Source: Sphyrna mokarran
Taxonomy: Eukaryota
Reading direction: 5' to 3'
DNA: 64,000 nucleotides
Assembly (NCBI GenBank): GCA_024679065.1
Contig: JAGIQG010000020.1
Location: forward strand, 33,790,001-33,854,000
Part shown: positions 12,209-23,974 of the stretch, in pieces
Layout: each line of letters opens with the position of its first letter
Position numbering within the stretch: position 1 is the first letter of the stretch
Program-made: the position numbers and the translations under genes
The notes under the pieces: model-generated
What the model saw: only the letters and a program-made list of their open reading frames with translations
Database searches by the model: none
Told to the model about the DNA's origin: nothing

Positions 12209-12592
12209 TTTATTCTTCCACAGGATGAGGATGTCACTAGTAAGGTCAGCATTTATTGCCTATCCCTAATTGATATTTGAACTGCTCGGCTATTTCAAAG
12301 AATGTTAAGAGTCAACCACATTGTTGTGGGTCTGGAGTCACATGGACTGAATATGGATAGCAGATTTTCTTCCCTAAAGGACATTACGTTGATTATCTTT
12401 ACATTAATGGATCAAATGGGTTTTTAAAAACAATCAATAATAGTTTTCAAAGTCACTATTTCGGAGACCAGCTATATCTTTCAGATTTATTAACTGAATT
12501 TAATGATGGAATTTGAACACCTATTTCCAGAACATGAGTCTGGGTTTCTGGGTTACTGGTCCAGTGATGTTATCACTATGCTACATCTCTCT
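12209..12592 (-). mobile_element. tRNA-headed SINE (family shared with 19040-19370 and 38010-38382)
   Basis: Mutual similarity, e.g. gtcaaccacattgttgtgggtctggagtcacatg and cagattttcttccctaaaggacatta. Confidence 0.75.
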
Positions 12593-13199
12593 AACATAGC
12601 GCTATATATAAAGCCAATCTCCAATATACTGCTGACAGCTTTATCAACTTGCCCAGCCATTAAAAGCTAAAAATTAGTAAATTCGAGATTAACAACTAGG
12701 AGATTAGAGTGAAATGTTAAATTTAAGGTGGTTAGATTATGGAATTAAATACCAGGGAAAACCATTAAAATGAGATCAAGAACCAATTCTAGAAAAAACC
12801 TTTCTCGAAAAACTTTCAGTTCATTCAATTTCATTCTTTCAGAATACTAATCAAAACAGATACATGTTATCCCCATTGGACTGCATGTAAACTACTCCTG
12901 TCATACTACTAGAGTGACCAAATGTGTTACAAATTTGGCTACATTACCATTTGAAATTTAACAATCCACTTAGCAGGCAGATCATGGTATCGATCAGTGT
13001 GCAGTGCTGACTTGATTCCAGCAGTGCTCAGTACATCTGAACCATCTCACTGCAGAAAAGACCCTCAGCCAGCACAATTTGAAGGAACATAATCCAACAA
13101 TCTCCCATCTACAATGCATTTGAATTCCTGCTGGTTTTGGTGGAGTAGGATTCTGACTGCAATACAGTAGACTGATGATTATAAATCAGTTAGCTTTAA

Positions 13200-13375
13200 A
13201 AGAGCAGCTAACCTGGTCTGCAGTTAAATCGTTGATCTCTGCCTGGGCTACAATTAGCTCCTATGTTCAACAATTCTGGGTTAGAGAGTGGATAATTAAC
13301 CAAAGTTCCTGCTCCTGATTGCTGTTCCGTGGTCTCTTTTGGAAGAGTACTGGATAAACATGAGGATTTCTATAT
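13200..13375 (+). mobile_element. Old SINE-like repeat, with a related inverted copy at about 33860-34095
   Basis: gttcctgctcctgattgctg here vs caatgattgcgaacaggaac at about 33892. Family not identified. Confidence 0.45.
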
Positions 13376-16300
13376 TGTATGTACTTGTATAATAATCCAT
13401 CTTGTGTAAAAGTTGACCAGAAAAAAAAAATCTACTCTTTACTTACCATTCATTTGCTGCCTCTCCCGCAAGCTAGCTCTCTCCCTCTCACCGACTCTCT
13501 ATTTTCCCATCCGCCATTTCCTTGCCTGACTTTCCTGGTCATTGCTTTCTTTTGCAAACATTTGTTTGTGTGCACAGTCTCAAGAGAGAGGCGGCGAGAG
13601 AGAGAGAGTGTGTGAGCAATGAAGCTGAGGGTAGCAGAGTTGGGCAGGGAGTCAAGCAGGGAAGCGGCAAGTGGGAGATTCAGGCAGAAAAGCACTGAAT
13701 AGGCAAGAGTCTTAGAGAGCGGAACAGGCCGCTCCAAAATGATGCTAACAAAGTCATGCATTAGCCCCACTGCAATTTCAACCCCTCAAAAATATTACTC
13801 AACTATAAATCAATCTAGCCTAGCTTTGGTCTTGACCTAGCCTAAAGCTTTGGTTTCAAAAACATTTACATGAGTCCATACGATATTTAATAGTTATTTT
13901 TAAGTAGTTATGGTCAAAATGGAAGTTCCTGTTCCTTTGCCATATTTCAAAATGAAAGATAGGACTTGGGCTATTTGCAGGGATCAGACAATGTTATTGC
14001 TACCTAAATTAATGACAATAAAATGGGCTTTATGAATTGAATGTTCTTTATTATGACTATCCCAGAAAGCAGTCAAGATCATTAGGACAGCAGGGACAGG
14101 AAAAAACTGGTAGAGATGGATTGTTAAATAAATGACTTTAAAATGAACCTATGGATAATGTATTACATTTTTAAACGCTGTCGTGTCATGTTCCCAATTA
14201 TTGCCCGTGGAATATTTGGTTGGATCCACTCATCATGTGAATATGATGTTGCGTTGGTACCCACTAACATCAGGTATTTCAAATTTGCATTCTTATGCAA
14301 TGGTGGTTTACAGAAGGTAAAGAAATGTAGAACAAAAAACTTGCGAAAATAACCACTACATCAGGGATGTCATAATCAAATAGATTAGGAATAGAATCTT
14401 TTACACAGAGAGGGTCGCCACCAGGGGAGATTAACACAAGAAAGGTGGTAATGAATATAGATTCTGTGCCCTGTATAAACTATGGCTTTATATCAAGTTA
14501 TTTAATTGCCTTTGAGCTTCGTCAGTTTTCAGATAATTTTTCGGAAAGATTGCCAGGTGATAAATTTAGTTTCCTGCTGCAGAAGAAAATAAAATATCAT
14601 CCCTAGATGCTCTCCCTTCCCAATGAAGAGGGCTAAGATGATTTTGAAGAAACTATAAACAAAATGTAAGACTTAAAGGCATTCCTCAAGTTGAATGATC
14701 AAATTTGCTAAAGTGCTGGCTGAAGGAGAGGAGAATAATGAGAGACAGAGAGATGATGTAGGATGAAAAAAACTAACTACATGCTAATAAAGCTCATCGT
14801 GACATCCCCGCAATACACTCATAAAACTTCAACTATAGCATGGGAGAGCAAGATAGATGCTATAGTTTGACAGCATTGTTCTTACCAGCCTACGTCTTTT
14901 ATAAATAATCCAGGCATCCTAGATGGAAAATAACATGACAAATTCTTTGTTTGATTAGATCTCACTTTATAGAGCATTGATCGACTGATCAACTCAGTGC
15001 AATGAAGTCCTGTTAAATTCAAATGTTTAAACTTTCAAATGCAGTCACATGGGGCTGAGATTACACTTCAGATTGAATCTTCAAATTATAGCTTTTCGAG
15101 TGGAAACAAAATACCATTATGTATACATGCATGATCAAACATGTGTGACCTGCAGTATTGGAAACATTATCTAAGGTGCGCTAACTTAGAGAAAATATGT
15201 TTTCCATAATAAAAGGAAATGATTACTATAAATATTTATTTAAACAAATGTAAAACAACAAAAAGAGACACGTGTATGTAGATTGGTATATTCAAATGGA
15301 TTGCCACTCATCATTTAACTTTGCTGGTCCTGACCTACATGTTTTGCAACATATCAATGATAAAAAGTCTGTTCACCAGAAATAACATCCCTTGCCACTT
15401 TGAGCACAAAACATTTCCTGGAAAAATGCAAAAAGGCACCCAAAATAAATTACTAACTGCAGTAGATAAACAACAATGTGTTAGTGTGGCATTATCTTTC
15501 AATGCAAGCAAAATAGGTGCATGTTTGTTTACAGTGTACCTTAAATCAGCAGTTTATTTTTAACATGTGTCCAGCATACATCTTCCTTTTATCTTACACA
15601 TCAATCCTTGGATCTGAATCAGAGATAATCATCTTGCACAAGTGTCATTTATTCCACTTGCATGCTGGTCATGGCTGAGTTAAAGATTATGCTATACAAA
15701 TACCATGCAGTTTACCTGCTTCAATTAATCATTTATTTTGGGTTTCCTTTTGAATGTTGAGGGAATATTTTGCATTAATCATGGAGAAGGATATTATGTC
15801 TGTGAGATTTCTTTTCCTTGGCTATTTTGTTAAGCACTACATGTCAGACATGTTAGAGTAGATACAAAGTGAAGATCTTTCTACATTACCCAATCTGGTC
15901 AGTCAGAGTCAGGCACAGAATGGTTAGCTGCAGATTTAAGCTCCTTCTATGCAGTGTGATTGAGCAATTCTGAAGAGGTGCAAGACCAGCTAGGCATAAT
16001 ACAAATTTCTTTTTCTATTGCTCCAATGTCAGAAGACTACCCTTCCTGCAAATAGTGTGACATTATTACCCAGTTTCCTTGTAAACTCTTATAACAAGTA
16101 ATGAGTATCTGATTAGGCAATGAGAAGGGACCAACATATTGTAAGCAGGACAACAGGATGATGCAAATTCAAAAATATCAAATCAAACAGAGGCAACTAT
16201 AAACCTGGAATCTTAATTGATTTTTTTTTGTGCAGACTCAGTTACCCATGGAATTTAAAAATTAGATGTATTAAAATAATAATTGACAACAGTTAACATG

Positions 16301-16379
16301 GATTCAGAATGATTCCTGCATGAAAATGCATCTCAATCTCTTTGAAAAAACGGCCAGTGGTAAGCTCCACAATTCAATA

Positions 16380-17420
16380 CAAACAAATAAATGACAATTT
16401 ATGTCAGAAAAAAATAGGCATAATGCGTATGTATGAATGATGTTGAAATAGTTGAAAAAGACTTAGGAGTCTCAGAGGATCCAATGTTCAACATACCTAA
16501 CCAATGCAGGGCAATAATTAACATCAGAATGATGAACTATACTGTTAACTTTGATTAGTGATAGCACTTGCATTTGAATCAAAAGGCTGTGAGCTAAAGT
16601 CACATTCAAATTATGGATTTGAATATATAAATTAGGCTGATAACTTCAGTGAAGTGCTGACAGAATAGTTCATTGTTAGTGCTGGTATATCTATTACATA
16701 ATAAACCATGAGTCTGTTCAAGTGAACATAAAATATATTCCAACATTATTTGAAGAATTGTAATAGTGTTCTTGGTGTTCTGACCTCTATCCATTCCTTA
16801 ACAACAATAGTTCTTATTAACTGCTCTGTGTGGGTCCTTACTGTGTGCAAATTGGCTGAAATGCTTGCCTCAATATTAGTTATTAAACTCTGAAAACAAT
16901 TTGTTAGGTATTAAGGGCTTTGACACATCTTGAGGGTGAAAAGATTCTATATGAATGCAAGTTCTTTCTTCCTTCATATTTGATGGTGATAAAGTAATAA
17001 ATACCTTGAATATTGTGCCCTAATTCTGAGCACTGAGACACAGCAGTATGAGTTAAAGACATTATCAAAGGTGACATGGATGATCTCCAATCTTAGCAGT
17101 ACAAGTTATGCCGAAATACTGGAGATACATTAGCTGATCAGTGTTAAAAGGAAGTGCTGGGGAAACGATTCAATAAAGGTATGTAAGATCACAAATCGTA
17201 TAAAAAAAAGTTAAGTTAGAAAATAAAATTGCAAGAAGGGGACAAAGGGCTAGTAGTTGGAACTAGTAAATGGGAAGTTTAGGATCTTTACTAGAAGTTT
17301 TCTTCACGAGAGTGATCAATGCATGAAATTGACTTCTGAATAGAAAAGTAGAGTGAATTTTATTGAATTGTTTAAAAAGCAACAAGAAAGGAGAAATGGC
17401 ATTCCTCAACCATAATTATC
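16380..17420 (+). mobile_element. Degraded CR1-like fragment split by a SINE
   Basis: gaaaaagacttaggagtc on the left and ttatgccgaaatactggag...aagtttaggatctttactagaag on the right. Confidence 0.55.
16551..16972 (+). mobile_element. SacSINE/DeuSINE-like tRNA-derived SINE
   Basis: tagtgatagcact...gaatcaaaaggctgtgag head and gtgtgcaaattggctg...gaaaagattctatatgaatgcaagttctttctt tail. Similar to other copies in the window. Confidence 0.7.
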
Positions 17421-18569
17421 TTGAAACTTTGCACTTCACAAGATTTCAAGAATGCATCATATATTGTCCTAACTGATTTTGGAGATCTACTGCTGCATGA
17501 GAGACTTCAGAATGACTGATAGTATATTACAATCTTTAAAAGACCAAGGAGGGTGGAGATTTGGACTACTGAAGTTCCTCTCCATACCCTTCTAAAAGAT
17601 CTTGTGCAGTTTTCATCATGCCATGCGCGAAGGCACTCATCTAGATTTTCTCGTTTTGAAAATATTTGGGGAATTAGATTGATTTAATCATTTCTTAACC
17701 TGTTTTTTTAAAATTGGGATCTATTTAAGCCATTGCTTGAACAAATTTGAAAGAAACTAAAACTGAGACATTGGAATGAAGAAGTAACTTCTGCCATTGC
17801 ATGATATGACAATTTCACTTCTACGAATTAATTTTCAAAATTTATTCAAAGAGGATATCAAAATCAAGACATTACATACACCATCAGAAAAAGAAGTTTC
17901 ATGACAAAGTTACTGGAATAACTAAGGAAACGTTGCAGTAATTTAAGAGGAGATTTTCTATTTTGGTGTTAATGATCAGAAAACAACTCTATTCCCTTTT
18001 TTCTGATTTTCTGTGCATTAACATGAATAGATTAAAATCAAGCAATTTGAACATTTTTTTTTCTATGCTCCCTGAATACCAGGCTTTGTTGAAGTGGAAA
18101 ATTTCCGATATAGCTCCTATTTAAACTTTAGCTTGATATCATGCCTTTAGCGTTTTAAGTCCCTAATAACACCATGTAACAGAATAGATGATGAGGAGCT
18201 GCAGAATGTGATTGTTAGCCAATGTATGCACTGACTATAATTCACTGAGGGAATTATTACTTATGTTTTCAAACAAGTTAATTGATTGGTATGTAGATTT
18301 TTTTACTAGATATATGTTATTGGTATGGTATGGTGTGTGAGCCTGGCATATTAGACTTAATAAACTATCATGGGCTAGATAAACAGAAATTCATCCAATT
18401 AATTCTACACTAATGCGTTTTATCTTTTGTTCCCCATACACTCAAAACTCAAAGATGCAATGTAAGACATTAACCTTCGTACAATTTTCATTCTCCTGGC
18501 GCTATTCTGACAGTGATACACCTACTCACAGAACAGGGTCTTCACTTTTGTCAGCCTAACATTGCTTAC

Positions 18570-18706
18570 CCGTGACTCGCCCTCTCCTCTCCACTCCAAC
18601 CGATTTGGAAAGAGGTAGAAATAACGACGTTGCCACTGAGTCAGGAAAGGGTTTCCAAGTTTCAGCATATAACCATGCATAATACAGTCTTTACCTAGGG
18701 CATAAT
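18570..18706 (-). CDS. GRK3: GRK3 exon 19 (137 nt): [48 protein letters not shown] domain N-half
   Basis: tacag|AT acceptor and CGG|gtaagc donor. MLKLGNP and GEGESR are GRK3-type (GRK2 has MSKMGNP and GEGEAP). Confidence 0.97.
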
Positions 18707-19039
18707 CTGTATGGAATATGAAAAGTGATGTTAGTCCGGTTCTCCTTGGAATGTGGATAAGTAAATTGATTTTGAATTTCTTAAAGTAATTTATCCCTAG
18801 TTTTCTTCTTTTTGCTTGTATGCATGGTTGCATCCCTGTGGGCAGATAGGCTGCATACAGGTAGAAGATACCATTCAGGCAAGGCGCTTTCCATTCTTCC
18901 TTTGTGCAAACTAGACATTCCATAATCCTTGATGATCCAGACAGGAGCAGAATGCTGGATTGTGTATGCAGCACTTTAGTCCATGGAACTGAACATTAGT
19001 ATTTCCATGGAATACAAAGGGGTGTGATATACTTTTTAA

Positions 19040-19370
19040 TATTCTTTCATGAGATGTGGACATCATTGTTTGGGCCTATTCCTATTTGCTCTTGAACTGA
19101 GTGGCTTGCCTAGGCCAGAATCAACTACATTGCTGTGGATCTGGAGTCATATGTAGGCTAGACCAAGTAAGGATGGCAGATATCCTTCCATGAAGAATAT
19201 TAGTGAACCAGATGGAGTTTTATGACAAGGTTTGTTGGTCATAATCAGACTTTTTTATTACATTCAAATTCTATCTGCCGTGGTAGGATTCAAACTCAGG
19301 TCCACAATGCATGATCTTAGATTTTTGGATGACTAGCTCAGGAACAATATCACTACATCACTGACTCCCC
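19040..19370 (-). mobile_element. tRNA-headed SINE
   Basis: Similar to 12209-12592. A/B-box-like head at the right end. Confidence 0.78.
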
Positions 19371-19419
19371 ATAGCTGTAATATCATGGCGTGATTAAATC
19401 CCACCTTATACATTACATT

Positions 19420-19895
19420 CAGATATGGATAACGAATTTCTGGAAGGATATAGTGGTCCTGAAGTGGGGCAGCACAATTCATCAGAAGGGGACAGCTGTT
19501 AGAAAAGAGTTAATAATGTGGACAGGTTTCAGAAACAAGGCTTGTTTTCTTCTGAGTCTGGAAGATTAATGCATAATCAAATTGAGGCATGTAAGATGAT
19601 TAAAGATTTAATGCTGTAAATAGAGACAAACTACTTATTTCAGTGTACGACTTGAAAACAGAGGTGTATAACCTGAAAATTAAGGCCAGGCCATTCAGTG
19701 ATGTCAGAAAACACTGAAATTCTCTACTCTGAGGTTTGGGCACGGTCAATTGAAAATTTTGAAACTGAAATTGACAGGTTTTATTGGACAAAGGCTTTAA
19801 AGGTTATGGAATCACAATGGGTTGATGGGAGTTGAAATTCAGATCAGCCACAATCTAACTGAATGATGAAACAGGCTAACGAAGCTGAATAGCCA
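19420..19895 (+). mobile_element. CR1 LINE 3' fragment
   Basis: Decayed CR1 3' end: ttgaaactgaaattgacagg...gatcagccacaatctaactgaatgatgaaacaggct. Confidence 0.7.
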
Positions 19896-20024
19896 ACCAA
19901 TATACAAAGGTTAAAATAGCAGGCAGTAGAATGTCATTTTAAAGCATTCCATTGACATGCTTTTTCAACCTTTTTGTCAAGAGTTTAGTAGCACACAAGA
20001 GGAACAAAAGACAAGGAAAAAAGC

Positions 20025-20205
20025 TATAAAGAATAAAAAGTGAAAATAGTGAAAATATATAGGTCAGCCAGTATTTGTAGAAATAAAAGATAAGTCAATT
20101 GTGTATGAAGGTTATACACCAAAAAAGTCAACTTGTCTTGTTGCTTTACAAGCATTTACTGTCTTGCTCGGTATTTCAAAGCATTTTCAGTTTTTATTTC
20201 AGGTC
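20025..20205. mobile_element. Head-to-head (palindromic) Penelope-type end remnant
   Basis: gaataaaaagtgaaaatagtgaaaata pairs imperfectly with tatttcaaagcattttcagtttttatttc. Confidence 0.55.
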
Positions 20206-20265
20206 TATAGAGAATGATTTACGGTGCATCTGCATTGAAAATATCTCATTAGTGAACTTTCCTAC

Positions 20266-20428
20266 CTTCCTCATGACCAAGCATCTTATTCTTTGCTCTC
20301 TTCCTGACCTCGTTTTTATCAGTGTCAGCATTGACAGCATCGTACACAGTTTCTGCCACCTCTTGTTGCCATCGTTCTGATATCACCAGAGGGAAATTCT
20401 TATACAGTTCCTGATCACTATCCAACAG
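20266..20428 (-). CDS. GRK3: GRK3 exon 18 (163 nt): [54 protein letters not shown]
   Basis: Hand translation. catag|CTG acceptor and GAA G|gtagg donor. Confidence 0.96.
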
Positions 20429-20430
20429 CT

Positions 20431-20720
20431 ATGTGGGAGAAACAAAAAAAGACAAGGTGAGAAAGAGAGATAGAGAGTGAAGGAAAGAGATGGACATGGT
20501 AGACACAGCATGAATTTAATAGCAAATAACAGGGGAGAGAAAGAACAAGGGTAGTAGAGACAAAATATTGATGGGGGCAACAAGAGGAAGAGGAAAAGGA
20601 AGAATGCAGGTGATGGAATAGAAAATTAGGTGAAAGGGAGAGGGAAAAAGAAAGAGGGAAAGGAGAAAAAATGCTAAGAAGAAAATAGAGGGAGAGAAAA
20701 ACAATAATAGAAAATTAATT
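20431..20720 (-). repeat. Long pyrimidine-rich tract (sense strand) upstream of exon 18
   Basis: Purine-rich low-complexity sequence on +. Confidence 0.85.
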
Positions 20721-21549
20721 AACATAACTTTCTGAAAACAATTAAACATTTAACGAAATGTCACTTCATTTCCATTGATATTTGGGTGGATTTCAATCTG
20801 GCCATTTTGTTTTTCTAATACCATGTTTTTAGCTCCTTAGAGCCTGATATACGTACCTCAATGTACTTTGTCCAGTGTGCTGTATTTGGTTGTTTTGTTA
20901 ACTTTAGACATTTACCATCTAAAGTATGTTCTCTTGAAATCAAAGTTCTTAAAATGTTCTTTCATAACTTTTGTTTTTTTTGTATACCAGAACTCCTGTT
21001 CATGGACATTCCACAATTTTAGACATTCCTCCAGCCCTGAGGTGCCCAAAACATGAAATTCCATTGTTTCAGATATAGAAAACATCCAATATCAAACAGG
21101 AATTGAGATAGGGGGAAGACACTATCATAAATGGGACAAAGCCACAATACACAGGCCACGGCAATCACACAAAAGCCAATTACTATTCAAGAGTAATCTG
21201 TTTATTCTACTCAGTTATATACATATCTTTCCATAGCTTTCACCAACATCCACTCATTACTTGACTCTACAGAACCCACAGATTACATGTCAGCCACAAA
21301 CACCATATTTATTAAAACATCTGATGGTTACTCAGATGTTACTATTAGGCACAGGTGGACCAGGTCTGATTATTCAGGATGTTGCGCAGGTGGACCAACA
21401 GATACTGGTTGTATAGGTGTTACCATAACTGGGTAGTTGCTTAGGCCCAATCAGCACCTATCATCACTCTGGTTAGGAACACCACCGGAATTGTCTATTA
21501 TGCAAGTGCATAACAAGTACACATGGCCACAGCATTATTGCTGAAACAC

Positions 21550-21650
21550 AGTTCTAATGAAAGGTCATTGACCTGACATATTAACGTTGTGTTGCTCTTC
21601 ACAGATGTGGCCTGACCTGTTGAGTATTTTCAGAATTTTCAGTTTTTATG
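21550..21650 (+). mobile_element. Penelope-type end remnant with a degenerate hammerhead-like motif
   Basis: CTAATGA-A-AGGTCA-T-TGACCT-GACA, then cacagatgtggcctgacctgttgagtattttcag. Related tails at about 7420-7510, 52390-52710 and 57500-57610. Confidence 0.6.
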
Positions 21651-21776
21651 CCACTTGCACTTGCTCATTACATGAGTGCCACTTGTTTCATTAGTACTTC
21701 TTATTTTACTAGGATATATTGGTACGACATGGTACCACATCCACAAAAAAAAAATATAAGAATATGCAGATGGTAC

Positions 21777-21872
21777 CTTGATGCCTTTTGTATCTTCTTC
21801 GTCAAATGATCCTATGTCAAATGCATCGGCTGCATTCACCTCTCCCCGAGGAGGAATGAGTGGAGGTGGATA
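21777..21872 (-). CDS. GRK3: GRK3 exon 17 (96 nt): [35 protein letters not shown] kinase C-tail
   Basis: ttcaag|TAT acceptor and AAG|gtacca donor. Peptide matches the recalled GRK2/3 sequence. Confidence 0.96.
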
Positions 21873-23974
21873 CTTGAAACAAAGAAACAGGATGAAAATA
21901 ATAAATAAGTGCTGCATTGTACGAGATCAGAATCACAGATATGATTCCATGACACCTGTTATGTGTTTAGTTTTTTTTGTCTGTTATCACTCATGGAAAT
22001 CATTCTTGGTGGTGAGAAGTTTTTGCAAAACAAGAATCACAGTTCAGAACTGGATTAATTGTGATAGACAGCTAAAATATTGTCTTTCCATATCTCCCAC
22101 CTGGTTGAATCTAACTGAAGTTAAAACTCTCTTCTCTCTACTGCTTGTTGAGTTCTTAATGAAATTAATTTTATCCAGTGTCATCAGTTTTTATTTGGCA
22201 GAAAACCACAGCATAAATTGGTCAGGTTTAATAAAGTCACAAATGGACACACATAAAATCTTCCGCTGATAGTAGCAATCTCATTCATGACAAACACATT
22301 GCATAGCTTGGTCCTGGATTTCTCTCATGGCTTGGAAGTGGCTCTTCCATTGCCAGTTTAAGAGTTTTGAACTATGGACACCTCTTTTAAGCCATAAATG
22401 TAATCCTTTCTGAACTTTGCTTAGACAGACCATAATACATCTTTTCCTCTTCAGTGCAGACAGGCATCCAGACTGAACTTGGCATCTGTCAGATTTCAAA
22501 AATACTGATTCTTGTTAAAGTTGTACTTGAGAGTGCTATCTTCTTATTAGTTAGTCCATTGTTCAAGATAGTCAATACAGAATGATAAATCCTAACATAA
22601 AGCATTCCCTCATAGCTTTATTAGAACATGTGACTTGTCAATCCAGATGAATAATTTTGATCATGACTGATGGCAGGTTTTAGCCAATTTAAAAGCCATT
22701 TACAATCACTTTTGCGTACTTGTTCACCTTTGCAGATGAAAGAAATCTGCTGATCCTGGTGTATCTCTCTAAGTCTTTCTGCCTCATGAGAAGCTGCAGT
22801 ATAATTTACCTTTTTAATAGTTCAATTTTCCAAAGAGGTTTCAAGTTTAACTTTGAAGGCATCCAGCTTTTCCTAAAGTTCCCCTTTTCTTAGCAATTAT
22901 CAATATTAATGCACTGAGTGTCTAGCTGACTGTAGTTTCTACTTAAGCATGATTTCAGCAACCATAGCAAGAATACCACTAGTCTTGTTATTTGCCATCA
23001 TATTCATTCTATTAGTCATACAATTCCAGACCCAGGACAGAAACAGCTAAGTGCCTTGGTCAATTTGTATAAAAGTACACAGACCATCATCCATTCTAAC
23101 ATGACAGTCATGCTGACTCAAATTCAGCATCTTGTCCAAGACAGATTACAGCTATTATATTAATTAAGAAAGTGATTAGTCATAATTTAAAATTTTAGTG
23201 ATGCTTAACAATACAAGGAAAAAAAAGGACATAGTATTTTATTCAACATTGAATAATTAATTGTTGTTCTACACTGAACGGAATGCTGATGCCATGTCAA
23301 GCTTGGAATGTGAAGCTTGCAACAATCTAGAAATTGCTTATAACATTATCTAGTATGTAGACTGCGTGCTTCTGAAATACATCCCACAAGCCAAGGCTTA
23401 TTCCCTAAGCAGTATAATTTTCCAAGAAGTGAGCTGAGCATGCCAATTTCTGCTATGTCAATCTTGGCATTGCCTGGGTCCAGATTCATTCGGGTCTTCT
23501 TAATCATAGATTCTTAGGTGACAATCAACATTTACAAATTTTCCAGAGGGATACAAACCTGGTTCCAAGAAAAGATAAGTTCAATATAAGGCTGCTTCTC
23601 ATCAAAGGAATTGGGATTTCAGGTAGCAACGCAGACCTCCCTTACGAGAGATTCTTCGATGGAGTGATTGTGATGCCAGGTTGAAGATGTTAACTGACAT
23701 ATTGCAAAGATCAATGCATGTGACGCTCATGGGTTAAATATTTAAATGGATTGACCAGGAGCTTCCTGCTTTCCTTCAACCCAGATCTCAAACCTAACTT
23801 TGTTAGGTCCTGGAGGTAGATGACTCAAGTATCTGTTGAAACATTCCTCACAGTGTCTTTTTCACACATTCATTAGTATTCCATGCTTCTTCAGAATTCT
23901 CAGTCCTCCCACTGGACTAACACTGGCTCAATTCAAAATTGACTTTACAAATAGACTCTCGATTAATGCCAATG

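Noticed and set aside
18707-18974. In-frame open extension upstream of exon 19 (150-aa ORF) as an alternative start for a PH-only protein
   Set aside because: The extension has no recognisable similarity, a good acceptor exists at 18707, and about 90 stop-free codons can occur by chance.
21778-22269. 163-aa plus-strand ORF
   Set aside because: It is the antisense shadow of exon 17 running into intron and repeat sequence, with no protein-like features.
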